Assembly (NCBI GenBank): GCA_964016885.1
Contig: OZ024748.1
Location: forward strand, 2,604,001-2,668,000
Direction: 5' to 3'
Source of the DNA: Eledone cirrhosa
Lineage: Eukaryota
DNA: 64,000 bases
The notes below the pieces were generated by a model. That model searched no databases. It saw only the letters and a list, made by a program, of their open reading frames with translations, and was not told where the DNA came from. Position numbers and translations under genes: made by a program. Of the stretch, positions 53,441 to 64,000 are shown one piece after another. Numbering within the stretch: position 1 is the stretch's first letter; the number at the start of each line of letters is the position of its first letter.

Positions 53441-54048
53441 GTCAGGTCACCAGTTGGTGCTACTGGTAACATGTATCCCAGTACAACCTGTCTCAAGGTC
53501 GGGTCGTTGGCGACTAAACTGGCAACCCCACCAAGGTTTCTTGGTGAGGAGGGTGACTTTGGACATCCTGCAGGACTAAAAACAAAACCTGTCAAAGGGC
53601 AAAGGAGCTCTTAAGAGTCAATGGCCATCCAAAATCACCAGGAGAGATGACCCCTTAGCCTTTGTCAAGGCAGAATTCTAGGAGAAAGAAAACTCTGATA
53701 TAACACCTGCAACTCTGATGGTATCCAATGATGTTGACTTGTTTTTCTTTTTGGTAAATATCATCTTGGTTAAGAGAGTGGGACTGGCTTTGTGCAGTGC
53801 CTTTGTTCACTATAAAAGCTTCACGGCACAGGCATTGCTTTATATCTGGAGATCTCTCTGCACTTGTCGTCACAGGGTACAATGGGCCCAGTACTATGTG
53901 TCAATAATTGTCACAAGTGTAGTGTTTGTACCAGAGTTTTCAAGTCGCTAGCTGGACTAAAAAGTCACACTTGTTCAGAGCATCGGTAGGGGTTCCCCTA
54001 CATGGATATAAAGTAGTGGCCGTACTCGAAAACGAGTTGGCAGCCACC
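53441..54048 (+). mobile_element. Internally deleted RTE-like LINE (5' UTR-like part + 3' end with C2H2 finger)
   Basis: 53918-53989 encodes CSVCTRVFKSLAGLKSHTCSEHR*, like RTE C-terminal zinc fingers; 5' part has the gaaaactctgatataa motif resembling RTE 5' UTRs; microsatellite flanks. Confidence 0.55.
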
Positions 54049-54088
<40 letters not shown>

Positions 54089-54156
54089 GACGCTATAGTC
54101 ACTTATATATTATGGAATACTGTTGGATTTTTGCTACAATATTTTCTATACCTTTC

Positions 54157-54204
<48 letters not shown>

Positions 54205-54317
54205 AAACGTGACGTATATATATATATATATATAGGTATGTATGTATATACGTGACAAACTTCAACATCTTCCAAATGTTACACACATGACATTGGTCAA
54301 CTGGAGGTTGCAGTAGA

Positions 54318-54565
54318 TAAGACTTATTCTTGAGAGGGTGTTGGGGAAGAGTCATGAAACACTTCTTCCAGTGGGTCCTCTCAGAAACAACCACCTCCTA
54401 CAGATCCAGCTGGATCCCCAAGCCTGACCAGCCAAGCTCATGGATGTTATCCAACGATCTTGCTCGGGGTCTACTCCTGGGTATCTTCTCGGTTGGTTTT
54501 GCCTGTAAAATCTGTCCAGCGCGTCTTTCCTCAGACCACGTGTCCACAGTATCGGAGCTATGATC
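54318..54565 (-). mobile_element. RTE-clade LINE 3' end, same family as 1781-2127
   Basis: Reverse complement matches ctggacagatttta..ggcaaaaccaac...ttggataacatccatgagcttggctggtc...ggacccactggaag. Confidence 0.75.
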
Positions 54566-54920
54566 TGGTGCGACCTTTTGATTTTTTAAATTAAAAAAAA
54601 TTTTTTTTATTTAATTTCATCAAATTATTTCTAACAAGAAATTTATACTGGGGTCATTAGGATCGGATAAAAATAAACCCTTTTGAATGTTGTGCTGCAG
54701 CATTGCCACAGTCTAACAACTGAAACCAGTAAAACACAAGATTAATGAGTATGGTGCGACCTTTTAATTAAAAAAAAAATATTTTTTTATTTTTATTTAA
54801 TTTAACTATTTCTATCAAGAAATTTATACTGTGGTCAATAGGGTCGAATAAATAAGTCCTTTTGAAGGTTGTGCTCCATCATGGCCACAGTCGAATGACT
54901 GAAGACCAGTAAAACAGAAC
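54566..54920. repeat. Tandem duplication of about 185 bp
   Basis: tggtgcgacctttt...aagaaatttatactg...gccacagtc...accagtaaaaca occurs twice. Confidence 0.8.
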
Positions 54921-55116
54921 AGCAATTTTTTTCTTTTCAGAAACTAATGCTGAGAGGAGGAATTTATATGCATTATTCTGATTTTAATGGCGAGGTTTGG
55001 GTAACACCTTTTTGGCAGATATGGCGGACTATGGCTTTATAGCATTTTATTTGGAGAGAGATAGGAAGTAGAGATGGAGTTGAATATCTTGGTAACTCTT
55101 GCAACATTTGTTCAAT

Positions 55117-55490
55117 AGAGGGTGGGTAGAGGGTGAGTAGAGGGTGGTAGAGGGTGGGTAGAGGGTGAGTAGAGGGTGGGTAGAGGGTGGGTGGGTAGAG
55201 GGTGAGTAGAGGGTGGTAGAAGGTGGGTAGAGGGTGAGTAGAGGGTGGTAGAAGGTGGGTAGAGGGTGAGTAGAGGGTGGTAGAAGGTGGGTAGAAGGTG
55301 GTAGAAGGTGGGTAGAGAGTGGTTAGAGGGTGAGTAGAGGGTGTTAGAAGGTGGGTAGAGGGTGAGTAGAGGGTGAGTAGAGAGTGGTAGAAGGTGGGTA
55401 GAGAGTGGGTAGAGGGTGGTTAGAGGGTGGGTAGAGGGTGGTTAGAGGGTGGGTAGAGAGTGGGTAGAGGGTGGTTAGAGGGTGGATGGA
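55117..55490. repeat. G-rich 10/11-bp minisatellite (tagagggtg[g/a]g)
   Basis: Direct observation. Confidence 0.9.
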
Positions 55491-55756
55491 TGGGAAGGAC
55501 TTCTGTACAATTGTCTCTAATAAAAACACTAATAATCGAATGAGTTGGTACATCAACTACTAATGTTGCCATGTTAGGCAATTTCACTTCTGCACTTATA
55601 TGTACGTGTGAGTGTGTGTATATGTGTATATATACATGTATGTGTGTATATGTGTATATATACATGTATGTATATGTGTATATATATATATATATATAAT
55701 GATACTGAAACGAAGTCATTGGTTAGTGTCTGTGTGTATGTGTATATATATGCTTT

Positions 55757-55814
<58 letters not shown>

Positions 55815-56789
55815 TGTTGTGTTTTTTTGTTTTTGTTATTGGTTTTATTTTTCCTATTAATGATAATAATCAGTGATCGGTTTGATGTAAAGAGTTGTCG
55901 CCAAGTAATCTTGGCTACCAATGACACGTTCTAATTTCCTTTCTCGCAAATGCATTAAGTTATATCTACCCTCCACCCCACTCCACCAGCACCACCACTA
56001 ACGCCACCGTCACCACCATCACTAATATGATCATCACAACCATCACCATCATCATCATCATCATCATCATCTTCATTGTCATCGTCACCATTATCACCGT
56101 TAATTGCCATTACCACCACCACCACCACCACCACCACTATGATCGCCATCATTATCATCAACATTTTGATCGTCACCATCATTACCTGCCATTACCATCA
56201 CCACCATCACCACCATCAACATCATCATCATCATCACCATCACCATCACTACCATCATCATCACCATCATCATGATAACCATTACTTGCCATTGCCACCA
56301 TCCACCCGTCAGTCCTGCTATTAACTACCCATGTACACTCCATCCACACAGCCCCACCCCAGCCTTGCCCTGCACTCGGCACTGCCATCACTGCACAGAT
56401 CTCACCACACCACACCAGATACCACCGACACTACATCAACTACCCGCCAGCTCCAACCCATGATACCACACCACACCACACCACAACCGACACACCACCT
56501 AGACCACACACCACCACCAACCATCAACACCACACCACCCTACCAGACTCCACCACATCAACGACACCACACCACCGACACACCACCTACACCACACCAT
56601 CAGTCTCCACCTACACCACCCTACACCACACCACCTACACCACACCACCAGCCATCAACACCCCGCTGTCACTACGCCCCCTTTTTACTTTGAATGAGTC
56701 GCAGACTGATTGGTGAAGAGGAGAATATATTCCTCATGTCGTCATTAGCTGCTTTGGCTGTCTAATGACGACATAAAGTGGTGGTGGTG

Positions 56790-57990
56790 GTGGGGGTACT
56801 CTAGTAGTGGGGGTGGTGTACTCTAGTAGTGGTGGTGGTGTACTGTAATAGTGGTGGTGTACTCTAGTAGTGATGGTGGTGTACTCTAGTAGTGGTGGTG
56901 GTGGTGTACTCTAATAATGGTGGTGTACTCTATTAGTGGTGGTGGTGGTGTACCCTAGTAGTAGTGCTAGTGTACTCTAATAGTGGTGGTGTACTCTAGT
57001 AATGGTGGTGGTGTACTCTAATAGTGGTGGTGATGTACTCTAATAGTGGTGGTGATGTACTCTAGTAGTGGTGGTGGTGTACTCTAGTAGTGGTGGTATA
57101 CTCTAATAGTGGTGGTGATGTACTCTAATAGTGGTGGTGATGTACTCTAGTAGTGGTGGTGGTGTACTCTAGTAGTGGTGGTATACTCTAATAGTGGTGG
57201 TGATGTACTCTAGTGGTGGTGGTGTACTCTAGTGATGGTGGTGGTGGTGTACTCTAGTAATGGTGGTGGTGTTCTCTAGTAGTGGTGGTGGTGTACTCTA
57301 GTAGTGGTGGTGGTGTACTCTAGTAGTGATGGTGGTGTACTCTAATAGTGGTGGTGATGTACTCTAATAGTGGTGGTGATGTACTCTAGTGGTGGTGGTG
57401 TACTCTAATAGTGGTGGTGATGTACTCTAATAGTGGTGGTGATGTACTCTAGTAGTGGTGATGGTTTACTTTAGTAGTGGTGGTGGTGTACTCTAGTAGT
57501 GGTGGTGGTGTACTCTAGTAGTGGTGGTGTACTCTAGTAGTGATGGTGGTGTACTCTAGTAGTGGTGGTGGTGTACTCTAGTAGTGGTGTTGGTGTTGGT
57601 GTTCTCTAGTAATGGTGGCGGTGGTGTACTCTAGTAGTGGTGGTGGTGTACTCTAGTAGTGGTGGTGGTAGTGTACTCTAACAGCGGTGGCGATGTACTC
57701 TAGTAGTGGCGGCGATGGTGTACTCTAGTAGTGGTGGTGGTGTACTCTAGTAGTTGTGGTGGTGGTAGTGTACTCTAGTAGTGGTGGTGATGGTGGTGGT
57801 AGTGAGGGTGATGATGGTGGTTGTGGTGGTGGCAGTGGTGGTGGTGGTGTTGGTGGTGGTAGTGAGGGTGGTGGTGGTGGTGGTGGTTGTGAGGGTAGTG
57901 GTGGTAGTGCTAATAGTGGTTGTGATAGTGTACTCTTGTATTAGTAGTGGTTTACTCTGGTAGTGCTAGTGTACTCTAGTACTCTGGTAT
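56790..57990. repeat. About 18-27-bp minisatellite gtgtactctagtagt(ggt)n
   Basis: Direct observation. Confidence 0.9.
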
Positions 57991-58059
57991 TAATAGTGGT
58001 TGTTATTGTTGTAATGGAGTCGCAGGGGGTTGTTATTTTTATTGGGAGTGTTCTGTTAA

Positions 58060-58785
58060 TGATGGTTGTAATGGTGGTGGTGGTGATGGTAGTGGTGATG
58101 GGGGTGGTAGTGGTGGTGGTGATGGGGGTGGTGGTGATGGTAGTGGTGATGGGGGTGGTAGTGGTGGTGGTGATGGGGGTGGTGGTGATGGTAGTGGTGA
58201 TGGGGGTGGTAGTGGTGGTGGTGATGGGGGTGGTGGTGATGGTAGTGGTGATGGGGGTGGTAGTGGTGGTGGTGATGGGGGTGGTGGTGGTGATGGGGGT
58301 GGTGATGATGTTGGTGGTGGTGGTGGTGGTGGTGGTGAGGGTGGTGATGTTGGTGGTGGTGGTGATGGGGGTGGTGGTGATGGTGGTGGTGATGATGGTG
58401 GTGATGGTGGTTGTGGGTGATGGTGGTGGTGATGTTGATGGTGGTGATGATGGTGGTGGTGATGATGGTGGTGGTGTGGTAACGGAGCGGAGGGAGGGAG
58501 GGGAGGCGAATGGCAGCTGGTAGTGATGATTCCATAGCTGCTGCTGGTGGCGTTGATGATGCTGCTGCTGATGAGGATGATAATGACAGTAGATGTGGTG
58601 GCGGTGGCGGTGTTGCTGCTGCTGGTGCTGGTGGTGGTGGTGGTGGTGTTGCTGGTGGTGGCGGTGGTGTTGGAGGTAGTTGTGGTGCTGGTGGTGGTGG
58701 CGGTGGTGGTGGTAGTGGTGGTGGCGGTGGTGGTGGTGGTGGTGGTGGTGGTGGTGCTGCTGCTGCTGGCTTTGGTGGTGGTGGT
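58060..58785. repeat. (GGT/GAT/GCT)n low-complexity array
   Basis: Direct observation; includes a 39-bp higher-order unit at 58075-58270. Confidence 0.9.
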
Positions 58786-58994
58786 AAGGGATTGGCGAAG
58801 GATGGCTCGGTGGGTCGGGTGGACGGTGGGGTGTTGGGGTGGAGAGAGAAACATGACAACATTGAAACAAGCCGCTTCGCTTGTAACAACCACTTTGGCG
58901 ACGGCAAAACATCAAAGATGAACAGCAATTTGTTTCGTTTTTGTTTTTTATTATTTTATATATCTCTCTCTCTCTCTATATATATACATATATT

Positions 58995-59054
<60 letters not shown>

Positions 59055-59061
59055 TATATAA

Positions 59062-59094
<33 letters not shown>

Positions 59095-60376
59095 AATATA
59101 TATATACATATATATAAATTCATATATACACATATATATAAATATATACACATATATATATATATATATAAATTCATATATACACATATATAAATATATA
59201 TAAATATATATATGTATATATGAATTTATATATACATAGATATATGTACACATGGATTTATATATATATATATGTATGTGTATGTATATATATATATAGC
59301 GTGTGTGTGTGTGTGTGTATCTGCGTGTGTGTGTATATAGATATATATATATAGTTTGTGTGTGTGCACGTTTCTATCCTGTTTTGTCAGTGACCTACCC
59401 ATCTTCTCTGGCAACTTTTCGGCGGTTGTCACGTGATTTGGGGGAAAGCGTTTCACAGATCAATATGTTAAATATCTCAATCACTACAGCTCGGAGAGAT
59501 GATGGACTACGACAACAACAACGACAACAACAACAAAAATATAAAAACTAAAAATAAAAGCAAAGAAAAGGGTAAAAAGAAAAACAAGGAAAAATAACCA
59601 AAGGAACACCCCCCCCCCACCAATAAAAAGAAAACTGAGCGGACATTTTTGTAGGGAAAAATCCAAACACGGCTTGGGAGGAGTGAACATGAGACTATAC
59701 ATGGGGGAGGGGGATGGTGGTGGTATGGTAGGGTGGAGGTGATGGGGGGTGGAGATAGGGGGGGGGTGAAGGGGGATGTGATGGTGGAGGTAAGGTGGAG
59801 GTGATGGTGGAGATGATAGTGGAGGTGATGGTGGAGATGATGGTGGAGGTGATGGTGGAGGTGATGGTGGAGGTATAGAAGAGTAAAAAGGGGGGAGGTG
59901 ATGGAGATGATAGCCAGGAGAGGAGAAGGAGGTAGAAAAAGCAGAAGAGAAGGTATGACAGAGACGAGAAGAGGAAAAGTGAAGGTGAAGATATGATAGA
60001 GAGAAGGTATAGGTGAAGATAGAGTAGAAGTTATAGAAGAGAGAGGTGGGGAGGGGGAGGGGGTAAAAACTCTGTATGAATGTAAAGTAAAACGAAAGTG
60101 AAAGTAGCGTGGTTAGGGATGAGTCTAGATAGGGAATTATAGAGTGGAGCGCAAGGGGAGGAAACTTCTGTTGAACACTAATATAATGTCACACAGATCA
60201 ACTGGCTCAAAATTCACCCCTTTTATAATATACTTGATTAATATGGTTGATACCTCGTTCTTGTTTAGATTTGTTAGTTGTTTTATTGTTTTTTATTGTT
60301 ATTGTTTTACTCCTACTACGTGGACATTCGCCTGGCTTCTTCCATCGATGTTTATGAATGTATATCTATGTGTTTG

Positions 60377-60407
<31 letters not shown>

Positions 60408-60660
60408 TATATATGTGTGTGTGTTTGTATATCTATGTGTTTGTAAATATATATATATATATTTATATATATATATATGTTTGTATATGTGTATGTCTGT
60501 ATATATCTATCTAAGCATGCGTGTGTATGTATGCGTATGAAAGTATGTATGCATGTATGTATGTATGCATGTATGTATATATGTATGTACGTACGTCATA
60601 CATACACGCATTTATGTATGTGTATAGGTACGCATATATGTATGTATCTATATATACATG

Positions 60661-60700
<40 letters not shown>

Positions 60701-60845
60701 GTATGCGTATATATATGTATATAGATAGATATATATACATATATATAATGCACGCGTGAATACATCCAACCATTTTTATGTATCTAAATCTCTACAACAA
60801 ATGAAAATTACTATAATTCTTTTTCTCCATCTTCGTGTTGTTGTT

Positions 60846-60917
<72 letters not shown>

Positions 60918-61015
60918 GTATATATATATATAGATGTAGGTGTGTATATAGATGTATGTATATACATGTATGCGTATATATATCTATGTATATATGTATA
61001 TATGTATATATATCT

Positions 61016-61089
<74 letters not shown>

Positions 61090-61265
61090 ATAATGTGTGG
61101 GTATATATATATATGTGTGGGTATATATATATATACGTATGTATATATATATACGTATGTGTGTATGTATACCTATATATATGGATGTGTACCCACACAC
61201 GGTGGTCTAGCCATTGAGTAGCTACATACGATGATGGACAATCCTCTATTTCGGATATTACTTTC

Positions 61266-61464
61266 GGTGGATTGGTAGTATCGGTAGAACGTCGATCAAC
61301 ATGCTTTACGGCATAGAGTTACGGCCCTTTACGTTCTGAGTTCAAAAACCGCCGAGGTTAGCTTTGCCTTTCATCCAAGTACCAGTAACGCATTGGGTCG
61401 ATTTGATCGACTTTCCCCCCTCCCCTAAAATTGTTGGCTTTGTGCCTAAACCAGAAACCATTAT
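61266..61464 (+). mobile_element. tRNA-derived SINE, family A (internal deletion)
   Basis: ggattggtagtatcggtaga...ctgagttcaaa...ctttgcctttcatcc...tgtgcctaaaccagaaaccatta. Confidence 0.8.
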
Positions 61465-61840
61465 TTTCGGCCTCAGTACCTGATTGGATACACTCGTTAT
61501 TCAGGGGTTTCCCCTTATAGGGGGCATAACCATCGACGAGGAAGACGGGGAAATATGCCAGCAAAATAGGCTGAAATTGTGTGTTGACATTAATATGACC
61601 TGATTGACGCACTGCAGCGCTGTGCAGTGCAGTACAGTACAGTGCACTGCAGCCCAGTACAAACAGACAGGCCGTCCGACAGCCAAGTAGACGGGCAGAC
61701 AGGCAGACAGCCAGACAGACAGGCAGCTAGACAGACAGACAGAAAACTAAGTAGACAGAGAAACAGGCTGCAGCTAAACCTTTAGACGGAAATATCTCTT
61801 TTTGGAAAAAATTATGTATGTGTGTGTGTATATACATACA

Positions 61841-61906
<66 letters not shown>

Positions 61907-62574
61907 CATACATATATACATATATATATACATACATATATATATAGTCATATATATATATATATGTATGTATATATATATGTATATATGTATGTATATG
62001 TATATATATATGTATATATGTATATATAAATGTATATATATATATGTGTATATATATATATGTGTATATATCTATATATATGTATGTATATATATATATA
62101 TATGTGTATATATCTATATATATATATATATGTATATATATATGTGTATATATCTCTCTCTATATGTATGTATGTATATATGTGTGTGTGTATATATATA
62201 TATATATGTATGTATACATATGTATATTTGGAAGCCTGGTCTCTGAGTCAAGGGATTAAATGTTGGATCAGAGTGAAGGACGATGTTTGGGAAAGGTCAA
62301 CGGTTTATTCACTGTTAGCAAGTGTGTGTGGCCAATGTCTGCTGCACTGCAAGTGAGGCGTGTTCATTCATTATTAATTAACTGACTCACTTCACTCTTT
62401 ATTTTCCATTTATTCTTGACTAAAGGCGGTGAATCGTCGTATTTGTTCCGGCTTTCTGAACTCTGGGATCAAGTCCCACCCATGTCAACTTTACCTTTTA
62501 TCATTTCGAGGTTGATAACAAAAAGTACCAGTTCAATATTGAGGTCGATTCTTCTTCTATATCTCTTTCTCATT

Positions 62575-63655
62575 TCCTCTCTATCAATCTCCCCTTCTCT
62601 GGAAGAAATGGATTCTTCCTCTCTATCAATCTCTCCTTCTCTGGAAGAAATCGATTCTTCCTCTCTATCAATCTCTCCTTCTCTGGAAGAAATCGATTCT
62701 TCCTCTCTATCAATCTCCCCTTCTCTGGAAGAAATCGATTCTTCCTCTCTATCAATCTCCCCTTCTCTGGAAGAAATCGATTCTTCCTCTCTTTCAATCT
62801 CTCCTACTCTGGAAGAAATGGATTCTTCCTCTCTATCAATCTCCCCTTCTCTGGAAGAAATGGATTCTTCCTCTCTATCAATCTCTCCTTCTCTGGAAGA
62901 AATCGATTCTTCCTCTCTATCAATCTCTCCTTCTCTGGAAGAAATCGATTCTTCCTCTCTATCAATCTCCCCTTCTCTGGAAGAAATCGATTCTTCCTCT
63001 CTATCAATCTCCCCTTCTCTGGAAGAAATCGATTCTTCCTCTCTATCAATCTCTCCTTCTCTGGAAGAAATCGATTCTTCCTCTCTATCAATCTCTCCTT
63101 CTCTGGAAGAAATCGATTCTTCCTCTCTATCAATCTCTCCTTCTCTGGAAGAAATCGATTCTTCCTCTCTATCAATCTCTCCTTCTCTGGAAGAAATCGA
63201 TTCTTCCTCTCTATCAATCTCCCCTTCTCTGGAAGAAATCGATTCTTCCTCTCTTTCAATCTCTCCTACTCTGGAAGAAATGGATTCTTCCTCTCTATCA
63301 ATCTCCCCTTCTCTGGAAGAAATGGATTCTTCCTCTCTATCAATCTCTCCTTCTCTGGAAGAAATCGATTCTTCCTCTCTATCAATCTCCCCTTCTCTGG
63401 AAGAAATCGATTCTTCCTCTCTATCAATCTCCCCTTCTCTGGAAGAAATCGATTCTTCCTCTCTATCAATCTCTCCTTCTCTGGAAGAAATCGATTCTTC
63501 CTCTCTATCAATCTCCCCTTCTCTGGAAGAAATCGATTCTTCCTCTCTATCAATCTCTCCTTCTCTGGAAGAAATCGATTCTTCCTCTCTATCAATCTCT
63601 CCTTCTCTGGAAGAAATCGATTCTTCCTCTCTATCAATTCTTCCTCTCTATCAAT
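62575..63655. repeat. 42-bp minisatellite, about 25 copies
   Basis: Unit tcttcctctctatcaatctc(t/c)ccttctctggaagaaat(c/g)gat. Confidence 0.95.
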
Positions 63656-63833
63656 TTTAAAGCAACCCTCACACCTGCTGTATATTATTACTCTATTGGG
63701 AGTTACGGGTTCACCTGTTCATATACTCCAGGTAACTTAACTAATCCCTTCGTAGGGATTAGAAAGAAGAATTAAACAAATTATTTCAGACTGGGTCTCT
63801 TACAAATACAGGGCATTATTGAATGTTATTGAA

Positions 63834-63914
<81 letters not shown>

Positions 63915-64000
63915 TTGGGACACTCTGTATATGCATAGAACAAAATCTAATACCATTTCACAGACATTAGTGTCTTGCATGACGGAGTTTACTTGTCTCT

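Noticed and set aside
53918-53989. Host C2H2 zinc-finger gene exon
   Set aside because: Single finger in degraded sequence followed by a LINE-like tail; better explained as an RTE C-terminus
57941-59061. His/Pro/Gly-rich ORFs resembling transcription-factor low-complexity regions
   Set aside because: Trinucleotide array open on both strands with no recognisable domain

Overview
AT-rich, extremely microsatellite-dense eukaryotic DNA. The repeat landscape resembles a coleoid cephalopod (Octopus-like) genome; this is my inference from recall, not a database result. Only one host coding element is recognisable: the terminal exon of coatomer subunit zeta (VLQSAKEQIKWSLLK*, 1083-1130) with its 3' UTR. 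The rest is intergenic or intronic: about 15 copies of a tRNA-derived SINE, a second SINE family, RTE and R4/Dong-type LINE remnants, a mariner transposase pseudogene, Tc1/mariner, pogo, piggyBac and hAT MITEs, and many mini- and microsatellites. Almost all ORFs in the supplied track are repeat artefacts. The most interesting signal is a set of short, near-perfect palindromic elements embedded in (TA)n tracts (22.2, 23.3, 33.5, 46.0 and 46.5 kb). Their arms carry hammerhead-ribozyme cores (CUGANGA-stem II-GAAA; complete, variant or truncated) that always read outward from the fold centre, usually followed by an AATAAA/ATTAAA-like signal. They look like Penelope-like (PLE) ribozyme termini inserted as fold-back dimers, possibly by twin priming at TA tracts. 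All coordinates were read by eye; repeat boundaries are approximate.
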